Position numbers and translations under genes: made by a program. Shown piece after piece: positions 18,425-27,489 of a stretch of 64,000 nt of DNA; the first letter of the stretch is position 1, and each line of letters opens with the position of its first letter. Source of the DNA: Minisyncoccota bacterium (GTDB lineage Bacteria > Patescibacteriota > Minisyncoccia > Phycocordibacterales > PALSA-1337); NCBI GenBank assembly GCA_041663145.1, contig JBAZRG010000001.1, positions 10,467 through 74,466 of the forward strand. The letters run 5' to 3'. A model generated the notes under the pieces. It did no database searches. It was not told where the DNA came from and saw nothing but the letters and a program-made list of their open reading frames with translations.

Positions 18425-18928
18425 ATGAAAAAAATATCAAACAAAATAATCATATCTATTGCAATAACGGCTGTCATAACTGGTGTGTTTTCATTGATCG
18501 GACCAGATAAGGCCTTGGCTGGATACATGCCTACGACCTATGGATATTACGGAGATTATTCTTACGACTACAACTACGGTTACAGTTATGATTATGGCTA
18601 CGGCTATAGTGACGAATACAGACACGGTGGTTACACCTACGATGTACCCTTGTTTCAGGGTGCTTCATATACTTTGTCTTCTTATAATCATAATTACGAC
18701 TACAATTACAATTACGATTATGGACGAGACTATGATTACGATCGCAATCCTAGACGTGACGATAGTGACCGCGATCGCAATAGAGGATCATCTTATTACG
18801 ACGGTTCCTGGTCTTATCCCAATTCTTCATACTATTCCTCATACTCATACCCATCTTACTATTCACCATCTGTTTATACAGTAAGCAATCCATACGTTTC
18901 TTACGGATCTTATTACTATAGTTATTGA
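18425..18928 (+). CDS. secreted tyrosine/aspartate/glycine-rich low-complexity protein
   Basis: Signal/TM segment MKKISNKIIISIAITAVITGVFSLIG, then YGYYGDYSYDYNYGYSYDYGYGY... repeats. Start taken at the internal ATG. Confidence 0.6.
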   Translation: MKKISNKIIISIAITAVITGVFSLIGPDKALAGYMPTTYGYYGDYSYDYNYGYSYDYGYGYSDEYRHGGYTYDVPLFQGASYTLSSYNHNYDYNYNYDYGRDYDYDRNPRRDDSDRDRNRGSSYYDGSWSYPNSSYYSSYSYPSYYSPSVYTVSNPYVSYGSYYYSY

Positions 18929-18940
18929 GGTATTTGGTGT

Positions 18941-19096
18941 GAGAGCTCGGTGAACATTGTTCCGAAACGACTCGCAATGTGATTTGAACCCCGAACAAAT
19001 TGCCCATATATGAGTAGCTCCGTCTACTCATATATGGTTGCAATTTGGAGTGGGTGACCTTGCGAGTCGTTTCGGAACAATGTTCACCGAGCTCTG
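18941..19096. repeat. intergenic palindromic repeat element, copy 3 (inverted orientation)
   Basis: Terminal inverted repeats gagctcggtgaacattgttccgaaac / gtttcggaacaatgttcaccgagctc. Reverse-complement core identical to the other copies. Central hairpin catatatgagtag-ctccgt-ctactcatatatg. Confidence 0.8.
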
Positions 19097-19202
19097 AAAT
19101 ATTATCTTATATATAATTCTCGGAATAAAAAAGAACAATGTGTGTGGTTACTTTATTTACATACGCTTCATGAATCCTTAATTTTCTGCTACTATTCCTG
19201 TC

Positions 19203-21452
19203 ATGAAAGGACAAGGACAGGATTCCATTCCTGATAAGTTCAATAAGCCTTACGATTTCGTAGCGACTGAAGAACGCATATATTCTCTGTGGGAGAAAAG
19301 CGGTTTTTTTGATCCCGATAAATTACCTGATAGGAATAAGAAGGGTCAGCCATTTTCGATGGTTTTACCGCCACCAAATGTCACTGGTAACTTGCACATG
19401 GGGTCGGCGCTAATGTTGGCTATCGAAGATATCATGGTCCGTTACGCACGCATGACTGGCCGAAAGACCATGTGGATTCCCGGTACGGATCATGCCGCTA
19501 TCGCGACTCAGTCAGTCATTGAGAAGAAGATCCAAAAAGAAGAAGGGAAATCGAGGTACGATCTCGGTCGTGAAGAATTGTTGCGTCGCATTGCCGAACA
19601 TGTGACCGTGACTCATGACACTATCACACGACAGATGCGCCGGATGGGTGTGTCCATCGATTGGTCGCGTGAGGCATTTACTCTCGATGACAAGAGAAAT
19701 CTGGCGGTTCGTACGGCCTTCAATAAGATGTACAATGACGGTCTCATATACCGTGGCTATCGAGTGGTCAATTGGGATCCGAAGGGTCAGACGACTATCT
19801 CTGATGATGAGATAGAATACGAAACTCGTCCAGCCAAACTCTATACATTCAAATATTCCAAGGATATACCGATCACCATATCCACGACTCGGCCTGAGAC
19901 AAAGCTGGGAGATACTGCTATTGCCGTTCACCCCGAAGATGAGAGATATAAAAAATACATTGGTCAAGAATTCAAAACAATTTTTGCCGGTGAAGAGATC
20001 AATCTAAAAGTTATTGCCGATATTTCTGTAGATCCAGCATTCGGTACCGGTGCTTTGGGGGTAACTCCAGCTCATTCTATGATCGACTGGGAAATAGCCG
20101 AGAGACATAGTTTACCGATGAAGCAGGTTATCAATGAATATGCCAAGATGATGGTCGGCTCGGAAACTATTGTCGGCAAAAAGACGACCGAAGCTCGTCT
20201 GGCAGTAGTCGCTTGGCTTACAAAGGAGGGATTGTTGGAAAAAGAAGAAGATATCGAACATAACGTCAGCTTGGCCCAGAGAACTGGTGGAGTCGTAGAA
20301 CCATTGCCAAAATTGCAATGGTTCGTGGCTGTCAATAAAGAATTTGAACAAAATGGAAAGAAAACTACTCTAAAAAAGTTGATGATCGAAGCAGTGACTT
20401 CTGGAGCGATCAAGATCATTCCTGATCATTTCGAAAAGGTCTATTTCAATTGGATAAGCAATCTCCGCGACTGGTGTATATCGAGACAGATCTGGTATGG
20501 ACATCGTCTGCCGGTCTGGTACAGATCCGCAACAGGCGACAGGGTTGGTCAAAAAGAAGTTTTCGTTGGTATGGAATCTCCAAAAGGTGATGGTTGGAAA
20601 CAGGATGAGGATACTTTGGATACATGGTTTTCTTCAGGTCTCTGGACTTTTTCGACTTTGGGCTGGCCTGACAAAAAAGAATTTGATTTACATCGCGATT
20701 TTCATCCGACTACCATACTCGAAACTGGCTCGGACATACTCTTTTTCTGGGTAGCGAGAATGATATTGATGAGCACGTATCTTCTGGGTGAAGTTCCATT
20801 CAAGACTGTATATTTACACGGACTCGTACGTGATGCCAAAGGCCGAAAGATCAGTAAATCTCTGGGTAATAACGTCGATCCACTAGATATGATAGCCAAG
20901 TACGGTGCTGACGCGGTCAGAATGTCACTCATTGTCGGAGTCGGTCCGGGCAGTGACAGTAAGATCGGGGAAGATAAGATCAAAGCTTATAAACTCTTTG
21001 CCAACAAGCTCTGGAATATTACACGTTTCGTCATGTCATCCTGTGAAGGGGAAAAGTTGGATCCAGATTTTACGGAGTTTTCGGATCACGATCAAAAATT
21101 GATGTCTGATTTCGATGCATTATGCAAAGATCTGACTACCGACATGGACAACTACAGATATTATCTGGCTGCCGAAAAACTCTATCATTATGCCTGGCAT
21201 GAATTTGCAGACATAATACTCGAAGATAGTAAGAAATTATTTGCTGGTGGTGTAAGTGCGACAAATGTCGGATCTCAGACTGATTCTGAATCTGAAAAGA
21301 TCAATAAATCCCGCAAGCAGCTTCTTTTGAGGATTTTATCTTCAATTATCAAATTATTGCACCCATTCATGCCGTTTTTGACCGAAGAAATCTGGCAGGA
21401 GATGAATACAGGCAATTCAATCTTAATGGTCGAATCTTGGCCAAAATCGTAA
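19203..21452 (+). CDS. valS: valine--tRNA ligase (compact form)
   Basis: PPPNVTGNLHMGSA (HIGH region) and KISKSLGN (KMSKS); 749 aa, apparently lacking a long C-terminal coiled coil. Confidence 0.8.
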   Translation: MKGQGQDSIPDKFNKPYDFVATEERIYSLWEKSGFFDPDKLPDRNKKGQPFSMVLPPPNVTGNLHMGSALMLAIEDIMVRYARMTGRKTMWIPGTDHAAIATQSVIEKKIQKEEGKSRYDLGREELLRRIAEHVTVTHDTITRQMRRMGVSIDWSREAFTLDDKRNLAVRTAFNKMYNDGLIYRGYRVVNWDPKGQTTISDDEIEYETRPAKLYTFKYSKDIPITISTTRPETKLGDTAIAVHPEDERYKKYIGQEFKTIFAGEEINLKVIADISVDPAFGTGALGVTPAHSMIDWEIAERHSLPMKQVINEYAKMMVGSETIVGKKTTEARLAVVAWLTKEGLLEKEEDIEHNVSLAQRTGGVVEPLPKLQWFVAVNKEFEQNGKKTTLKKLMIEAVTSGAIKIIPDHFEKVYFNWISNLRDWCISRQIWYGHRLPVWYRSATGDRVGQKEVFVGMESPKGDGWKQDEDTLDTWFSSGLWTFSTLGWPDKKEFDLHRDFHPTTILETGSDILFFWVARMILMSTYLLGEVPFKTVYLHGLVRDAKGRKISKSLGNNVDPLDMIAKYGADAVRMSLIVGVGPGSDSKIGEDKIKAYKLFANKLWNITRFVMSSCEGEKLDPDFTEFSDHDQKLMSDFDALCKDLTTDMDNYRYYLAAEKLYHYAWHEFADIILEDSKKLFAGGVSATNVGSQTDSESEKINKSRKQLLLRILSSIIKLLHPFMPFLTEEIWQEMNTGNSILMVESWPKS

Positions 21453-21467
21453 GTTTGTTATCTTAAT

Positions 21468-21563
21468 GTAACCCATGGCAACATCATGTCCCTCCGTAAC
21501 CTGCGGGCGCTTCGCTGGTCACAATCCTCGGTTACTACGGGACATAATGTAGCCATGGGTTAC
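21468..21563. other. ~96-bp nested imperfect palindrome (structured element; possible ncRNA, terminator or MITE-like element)
   Basis: gtaacccatggc...agccatgggttac outer stem; atgtccc/gggacat and gtaacc/ggttac inner stems; GC-rich 28-nt loop. Lies between valS and the next gene. Confidence 0.4.
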
Positions 21564-21651
21564 ATTGGTTGCTATCCACAGTCTTTTTAGCTTTTGTAGT
21601 CAATAAGCGATATTATATAGGTGTTATTATCCTACTTTTTCCAATTAATAC

Positions 21652-23394
21652 ATGAAAAAACATATTTTAATATTGATTGCCTTGTTTCTAGTAGTCGGAG
21701 TAGCTATACCGATGTTGAGTCAGGCACAATCCAGTCCTTCGCCAACTCCAGGAGGAACACCTAGTCCAACTGCAACCCCGCTTCCTCCGGCACCATCACC
21801 TAGTTCTGTATCGATTACTATGTTAACACCGGCGGAGGGCACGGTCTACACTACTGCACAGGCGGTCAATATAACTGTCACTACTGGTGGTGATTATCAA
21901 GGTGCCAGAGTACTTTTTTATAAAAATAGCGTACATTTTGCCACAGATTATTCTGCGCCGTTTGGTTATGCTTGGAATATCACATCAATCGATAATGGTG
22001 AAACGGATATCGAAGCCAGAGTATATGATACGGAAGGAAATTCAACCATTACACCTCCTCGACATATCACGATTAACATACCGATTCCCGCTGCCAGTGA
22101 GCCACTCAAGCTGAGCGGATGGGCTTGGGCTTCCAATATCGGTTGGATCAGTTTTTCATCGGATAATGCGACTGCCAATAGTAATTCAAAATCTACCTTA
22201 GCTCAAGAAATCGGTATGATAAAATTCGCTAATGCCGGTGGCGGTCCTTATGGTGTGACGATGGCTACTTCGACTTCACAGCAACTTATCGGCACACTGT
22301 CTGGTTATGCCTGGTCTAATAATATCGGTTGGATCAAGTTCGGCGGTCTTTCAGGTTTTCCTAACACTTCTATCGTTGGTGAAAATGCACAGGTAAATCT
22401 GACGCCTGGTGTGAGTAATTTAAGCGGTAAAGTAACCGGTTGGGCTAGAGCTTGTTCGGGGACTCTGCATGGAGATTGTTCTACTATGGAACCACGAACT
22501 GACGGTTGGGATGGTTGGATAGCACTTCAGGGTACAAATCATATATCACCAAACACCTTTGGTCCTAGTGGTAAATCTATAGGTGGTGTCACTCTCGGTA
22601 ATGATCCGGCAAATACCGTTACATTTAACAATTTCAGCGGCTATGCCTGGGGTGGATCGGTTGTCGGTTGGGTGGACTTTATGCCAGATGTCAATCTAGC
22701 TTCTGGATTTACCGGGGTTACGATCGATAGAGAGATTCCTAATAATGTAGTGTACACATCTTTGTCTGGTTCGTGCACTGTAGTACCAGCATCCAGCAGA
22801 ATTCAGACTTCAAATACACCTGTTACTATCGTTCCACAAATAACTGTGACAGGAGGTAGTGGAGAATACACATATACCCCTCTGTCGAAATCATTTACCT
22901 TCAACAATAGCAGTGCGGTAAATCAGACTTTGACCATTCTTATAACAGATAATGTCACTAAAAATACAGTCACTGTAAGTTGCGGAACTGTCAATATAAC
23001 CATAGTAAAAGATGATTCTTTGACCTTGGAAATCGGAGCTCCTGGTATAGGCGAGGCTGTTAAACCTCACCCAAGCACAAGTCCTCTGGTGGTCAAACTC
23101 GGTACCGATGTGACGCTTGAGTGGACAAATTCATTGCCAGTATATGATATTAATACTGGGGAAGGATTTAGGTGCGTACCGATCATTGATCCTACTACGG
23201 ATAGTTACTTTAACGATCAGTGGCGTTCAGGTCATGTTGACGTGACTGTTGATGGATCATTAGTAAATATAGATACTATTACAACTGGTACTTATGAGTT
23301 TAAGATAGACTGCAATCATCCGGCAGATAACAGTTTGTTTAAAACTAAATCAGCTTTTCTCAAAATATATAGTGCAAGTCAAGGAGAGATATAA
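21652..23394 (+). CDS. large secreted repeat protein (signal peptide, PT-rich linker, GYAWxxNIGWIxF repeats)
   Basis: Signal peptide; SPSPTPGGTPSPTATPLPPAPSPSS linker; repeated SGWAWASNIGWISF, SGYAWSNNIGWIKFGG and SGYAWGGSVVGWVDF modules. Confidence 0.6.
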   Translation: MKKHILILIALFLVVGVAIPMLSQAQSSPSPTPGGTPSPTATPLPPAPSPSSVSITMLTPAEGTVYTTAQAVNITVTTGGDYQGARVLFYKNSVHFATDYSAPFGYAWNITSIDNGETDIEARVYDTEGNSTITPPRHITINIPIPAASEPLKLSGWAWASNIGWISFSSDNATANSNSKSTLAQEIGMIKFANAGGGPYGVTMATSTSQQLIGTLSGYAWSNNIGWIKFGGLSGFPNTSIVGENAQVNLTPGVSNLSGKVTGWARACSGTLHGDCSTMEPRTDGWDGWIALQGTNHISPNTFGPSGKSIGGVTLGNDPANTVTFNNFSGYAWGGSVVGWVDFMPDVNLASGFTGVTIDREIPNNVVYTSLSGSCTVVPASSRIQTSNTPVTIVPQITVTGGSGEYTYTPLSKSFTFNNSSAVNQTLTILITDNVTKNTVTVSCGTVNITIVKDDSLTLEIGAPGIGEAVKPHPSTSPLVVKLGTDVTLEWTNSLPVYDINTGEGFRCVPIIDPTTDSYFNDQWRSGHVDVTVDGSLVNIDTITTGTYEFKIDCNHPADNSLFKTKSAFLKIYSASQGEI

Positions 23395-23442
23395 AAAATC
23401 CCTTGCTTGCAGAGAGGCTGCAGCAAGGGCTGAGTGTTCGAG

Positions 23443-24372
23443 CTAATTTGCGAAAGCCCGGTAGAAGCGTTGTGGTTCCCTGGGAACTACGACAAGTCTT
23501 CGGACTCGAGGCGCCGGTACCCAGTCGACTCCGTTGGTCGAGGTTTCGACAGTTACATCTGCTCCACGAGCAGCTGCAACACTAAGATTACCTCGCCTAT
23601 CTATTTTCAGTACGGGTGGAGCGATGAGTTCTCCGAACTGAGTATATGTGTAGGTCTGGTCTTTTACAGTGATGTGAAATCTTACCACATTCGTTCCTTG
23701 ACAATACGGGCTACTCAAAACAACGTAGTCCTTCTGTGTACATTCCTGCTTGATACCGGGCCAGTTCGTGTAGTGCGAACCTTTTTGTGTATTCCATGTA
23801 TAGGAATATTCTATTGGTCGACCGACCTCGACTCGAAATTCTTGCAATCCCACAACATGCACAGGTATCCTGTAAACATGTGGCAGTGTAATTACACGAA
23901 ATGAGTTTGAGGTGATCTGTGGTATGGTTCCCAATGGTGTGGGTGAAAAGAATGCTGAAACATATCCATTTGGTGGTGGATGAAAATCAACACTTGTGAA
24001 GAAGTAAATCGGAGAAGTGGGAGCGTAGATGTTCGTCCGGACCTCTTCGAGGAGTTCCAATCCTGTAACCGCTGTGAGATTCAGATATTCTTCAAGAGAA
24101 TTTAATCCTCCACCAATTGAACCAAATCTACCTGGCTCACATCTTTTATTGATGGAGTTGGTATACATGAGATTCATGTAGAAGTTAATTCCAGGAAGAT
24201 CGTTGCTTCTGGACACAATCCAAGCCAACGACTCCTCCAAACTCCCGATCGGAAGCTTGGCAGGTACCCCTTTGGGTACCGTGAATCCAAATGCTGTTTC
24301 TCCCGACCATGCTTCTATTTGAAGCGCAGTCAAGAGAAATGATGCGATCAGACTGATCACGATCTTTTTCAT
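23443..24372 (-). CDS. hypothetical secreted protein
   Basis: N-terminal signal peptide MKKIVISLIASFLLTALQIEA; 309 aa. Confidence 0.5.
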   Translation of the reverse strand: MKKIVISLIASFLLTALQIEAWSGETAFGFTVPKGVPAKLPIGSLEESLAWIVSRSNDLPGINFYMNLMYTNSINKRCEPGRFGSIGGGLNSLEEYLNLTAVTGLELLEEVRTNIYAPTSPIYFFTSVDFHPPPNGYVSAFFSPTPLGTIPQITSNSFRVITLPHVYRIPVHVVGLQEFRVEVGRPIEYSYTWNTQKGSHYTNWPGIKQECTQKDYVVLSSPYCQGTNVVRFHITVKDQTYTYTQFGELIAPPVLKIDRRGNLSVAAARGADVTVETSTNGVDWVPAPRVRRLVVVPREPQRFYRAFAN

Positions 24373-24508
24373 TTTTTCCTTTTTTTGCGCCTCAGCCCTT
24401 TGGGGGGGTGAAGCAAGTTTTAGTGCCGGTAGTGATCTACCGGAGTGGACTTTTCTCGTTTTGTCAACGAGCTAAGACCTAACTAACGTGAGTATATATA
24501 AAATACAT

Positions 24509-24539
24509 GATTTGTCAAGGGGGAGTTATACACAGGCTA
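24509..24539 (-). promoter_or_regulatory. conserved 30-nt upstream motif, copy A (contains a TTGACA -35 on the minus strand)
   Basis: atttgtcaagggggagttatacacaggcta. On the minus strand it reads TTGACA-N16-TATACT upstream of the 23443..24372 gene. Confidence 0.45.
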
Positions 24540-24572
24540 ATGATTTTTCAGATTCTGGATAATTCTTCATTT

Positions 24573-25559
24573 CTAATGTTTAACTATCCTTAAAACTGAT
24601 TTTTTATCAGAAACAATCAATTGTACCTTTCCTCCAATGGGGAAAGTAATCGTAGGACTAGTGTGTCCGAAATCCACGTTTGCTAATACAGGTATGCGAT
24701 CCAATTCCTTTCTATATTTGATTATTTTTATCAAATGATCTGCTGTTATTGCGCTGTCTTTCTGAAATCTGCCAATCACTATTCCTTTTACCTTGTCAAA
24801 ATTCGGAAGATGCATTATAGACTGTAAATCACGGTCAAAATTGACTAGCTTAGAGTCACTATCGTCCTCTAGAAATAGAATTGAGTCAGCTATATCTGGT
24901 AGATATTCCGTTCCTTGGAGAAGATTGAATGTGCAAATATTCGCACCGAGAATTGTGCCTTCTGCAACACCCGCATTAATCATCCACCAACCATCGTTCT
25001 TGAGCAGTTTTCGTTTTTCCTGATCCTTATACCATCCATCATCGCTCCACGATTCACTTGATAATATATCGAATTCTTTTTCATCTATGATGCACTTTTT
25101 AAAATATTCCAGTGTATAATCAAAATAAAGTTTCTGACCGAAGGTTGAATAGAGTGGTCCCGAATATGTAACAAGTCCTGTCTTTGTAAAGATAGCATTT
25201 TGTAATGCTGTTATGTCTGAATAACCGACAAAGATTTTGGGATTAACTTTTATAATATCCCAATTTATATAGCGCAAGAGTTGATTGGAATTGAAACCTC
25301 CAAATGCAGCAAATATTCCTTTTACATTCTTGTTTAAAAAAGCTTCATGCAAATCAGCAACCCTTGATTCAATGCTTGATGAATCAAATTCATTGAGCTC
25401 GTTGACATTTTTCGCAAACAATACCTTGAGTCCCATTTCAGAAAATCTTTCATCTGCAATCTGTTTAACTTCTTTGGAAATACATCCTAAAGAATCAGAT
25501 GGGGCTATTATCATAATCGCATCACCACGTTTCAATTTCTGTGGAAATATAGGTTTCAT
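24573..25559 (-). CDS. ldcA: LD-carboxypeptidase (peptidase S66; LdcA/MccF family)
   Basis: GYSDITAL catalytic-serine motif and DFGHT catalytic His. Start taken at the internal ATG at 25559; the ORF-track start is GTG. Confidence 0.75.
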   Translation of the reverse strand: MKPIFPQKLKRGDAIMIIAPSDSLGCISKEVKQIADERFSEMGLKVLFAKNVNELNEFDSSSIESRVADLHEAFLNKNVKGIFAAFGGFNSNQLLRYINWDIIKVNPKIFVGYSDITALQNAIFTKTGLVTYSGPLYSTFGQKLYFDYTLEYFKKCIIDEKEFDILSSESWSDDGWYKDQEKRKLLKNDGWWMINAGVAEGTILGANICTFNLLQGTEYLPDIADSILFLEDDSDSKLVNFDRDLQSIMHLPNFDKVKGIVIGRFQKDSAITADHLIKIIKYRKELDRIPVLANVDFGHTSPTITFPIGGKVQLIVSDKKSVLRIVKH

Positions 25560-25662
25560 ATACTGTATTTGGTATAAATTGTATCTTTTTATTATATAAA
25601 ATACCACTGGGCATAGGGTAAATCCAGTGGTATGATCTCCGATCTCAATCTGTAATCAGTGA

Positions 25663-26238
25663 TCAGAGTAGGATGTGACAGGCGTCGATGTGAATGGAGA
25701 CCGAAGTAAGTCGCTTCACCAGAAACATGCCGTACTTGCTAGTGTCCGTCATCACGGCTACTATCATTCCAGGTTCCAGTTTCGCGCGCACGCCACATGC
25801 TTCGCATGCAGTGTTACATGTGTTTATTAACGCCTGGACGTTCTCCAATGTGTGGAGTTCGTAGAAACGGTGTGCTGTAATTTTGGCAGGAGCAACCCAC
25901 GTCTTGCCAAACAACTCACCATTGATGGAGTCTCCAAGCAAACCAGAAGCGTATGCTTCTTGAATCGCACAAGCTTCTGCGGAAGCCACAGTGTCAAAGA
26001 GAAAAAGCAAGTTAGCTTCTACGCCGAGATCGGTGGCGCTTGTGATCGCCCAAACTTTGTTGGCTTTGCACTTGAGAAGCGGATACAATGGTTTTTCAGC
26101 TGTGAACCTGGCGGAGTAGGCATAGTACTCACCAGGAATTGCCTGAATGATAGACTCACTCAGAGTTGTTGGTGTCTTAGACCATCCGCCGAAAAGTGTA
26201 ACACTTCTCGGAATAGGTCTCTGCATTAATGTTTGCAT
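25663..26238 (-). CDS. hypothetical protein (191 aa)
   Basis: No confident family. Contains a CNTAC segment reminiscent of Asp/Glu racemase ACNTA, but the domain order does not fit. Confidence 0.4.
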   Translation of the reverse strand: MQTLMQRPIPRSVTLFGGWSKTPTTLSESIIQAIPGEYYAYSARFTAEKPLYPLLKCKANKVWAITSATDLGVEANLLFLFDTVASAEACAIQEAYASGLLGDSINGELFGKTWVAPAKITAHRFYELHTLENVQALINTCNTACEACGVRAKLEPGMIVAVMTDTSKYGMFLVKRLTSVSIHIDACHILL

Positions 26239-26333
26239 AATATGACTATTTTGTTGGTGCTGATCAAATCGCTTTATTCAATGAATAAATTAGCACGACT
26301 TGATTCTAAACACAGAATGACTTGTTTCCGGTA

Positions 26334-26363
26334 TTTGTCAAGAGTGAGTTATACACAGGTCTA
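26334..26363 (-). promoter_or_regulatory. conserved 30-nt upstream motif, copy B
   Basis: atttgtcaagagtgagttatacacaggtcta; 28 of 30 positions shared with copy A. Lies upstream of the 25663..26238 gene. Confidence 0.45.
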
Positions 26364-26474
26364 AAGTAGAGTTTATTGTGGAGATAATAAAGAGACGTTG
26401 CCGAGTAAGACGCAGGTTAATTTTTTTTAAACTACATCGTCAAAGTACTATTAAAATGATAGCATAAACACATA

Positions 26475-26918
26475 TTGGAATATTGTAATCACATGCAGAA
26501 AGGTCTCATAATACATACACTTGTTGTCAATGATAAAGGGGAAGTCCTTATACTACAGAGATCGAAGCTGGAAGATGTTCTTCCGGAATATTGGGATATT
26601 CCAGGAGGAACATTGGAAGATGGTGAGGATCCTGCAGTCGGCGCTATTCGAGAAGTAAAAGAGGAAACTGGTTTAAATATTTTTGAGCCACAGCTATTCT
26701 TTCAAAGGTCTAATGTCGACCTAAAGAAGAATAAGCAATTTGTGACTCTAGTATTCCTTGCAAAAAATACTGGCGCAGAAGTCATTCTCAATCCATGTGA
26801 ACATAGTGAATACGAATGGATCAATGTTAAGGATGTTTCAAAGTATAAGACGGTAGATTATTTAGCAGATTGTTTGAAACTTTTTGCTTCAGGGAAGCAT
26901 CCATCTCTAAATTTATGA
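26475..26918 (+). CDS. Nudix hydrolase
   Basis: Nudix box GGTLEDGEDPAVGAIREVKEETGL. Confidence 0.75.
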   Translation: MEYCNHMQKGLIIHTLVVNDKGEVLILQRSKLEDVLPEYWDIPGGTLEDGEDPAVGAIREVKEETGLNIFEPQLFFQRSNVDLKKNKQFVTLVFLAKNTGAEVILNPCEHSEYEWINVKDVSKYKTVDYLADCLKLFASGKHPSLNL

Positions 26919-27087
26919 TGACTAGGGATATTGATCTTATATATTTTTACAATGACAATTATGAATACCGGACTAATTGTTCATATAGTTATTTTTAATG
27001 GCAGACCATACCCTTACAGTATCTTCTTCTTGATCGGAAATCTGAAAAAAGCTAAACTAATGATTGTGAACGAGAGAAAGAGAAATT

Positions 27088-27420
27088 ATGAAAACATTAT
27101 CTGAAATCCAGCAACGACAGCGCGAGCTGCTTACGGGCATTGAACATCCTCGTTTAGGCAACGTCTTGGGTCTCTTTGAAGAGATTGGGGAATTGGCCAA
27201 AGAGGTCACAGAAGTGGAAATGTACGGACAGCCTAAACAAGAGAATTTCGGCAAAGAGTGCGCCGATGTCCTCTTCAGCCTTCTGTCCATTTGCGATTCA
27301 TACGGAATCGACTTGTCTGGCGAATACGCGGCAAAGGTCACAGAAATTGAGGGTAAAATCTCTGAGTGGAAGATTAGGTACGGGAAGACCCTCGAAGTTC
27401 TGAGAAAAAAGCTCGACTAA
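27088..27420 (+). CDS. MazG-like nucleotide pyrophosphohydrolase domain protein
   Basis: LGLFEEIGELAKEV and ECADVLFSLLSICDSYGIDL are typical of the MazG/all-alpha NTP-PPase fold. Confidence 0.55.
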   Translation: MKTLSEIQQRQRELLTGIEHPRLGNVLGLFEEIGELAKEVTEVEMYGQPKQENFGKECADVLFSLLSICDSYGIDLSGEYAAKVTEIEGKISEWKIRYGKTLEVLRKKLD

Positions 27421-27451
27421 GTTGCTTATTTGATACAAGGTCTTGCATTTA

Positions 27452-27480
27452 CAAAAAAGCCCGAAGAAAAACTTCGGGCT
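27452..27480 (-). terminator. intrinsic terminator after MFS gene
   Basis: AGCCCGAAG-loop-CTTCGGGCT preceded on the + strand by AAAAAA. Confidence 0.5.
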
Positions 27481-27489
27481 GTGAAGATG

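Noticed and set aside
18540-18884. 114-aa T/I-rich ORF in an alternative frame of the Tyr-rich gene
   Set aside because: Frame artefact of the repetitive TAY/GAY codons; the Tyr-rich frame has the signal peptide and start context.
19512-20983. Several 60-150-aa ORFs on the minus strand inside valS
   Set aside because: Antisense to a strongly supported synthetase gene; no independent signals.
23434-23904. 156-aa + strand ORF
   Set aside because: Entirely antisense to the signal-peptide-bearing 23443..24372 gene; low-complexity and Cys-rich with no start context.
25663-26238. Asp/Glu racemase assignment for the 191-aa protein based on a CNTAC motif
   Set aside because: The motif lies near the C-terminus with too little sequence after it for the second racemase domain. 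Kept as hypothetical.
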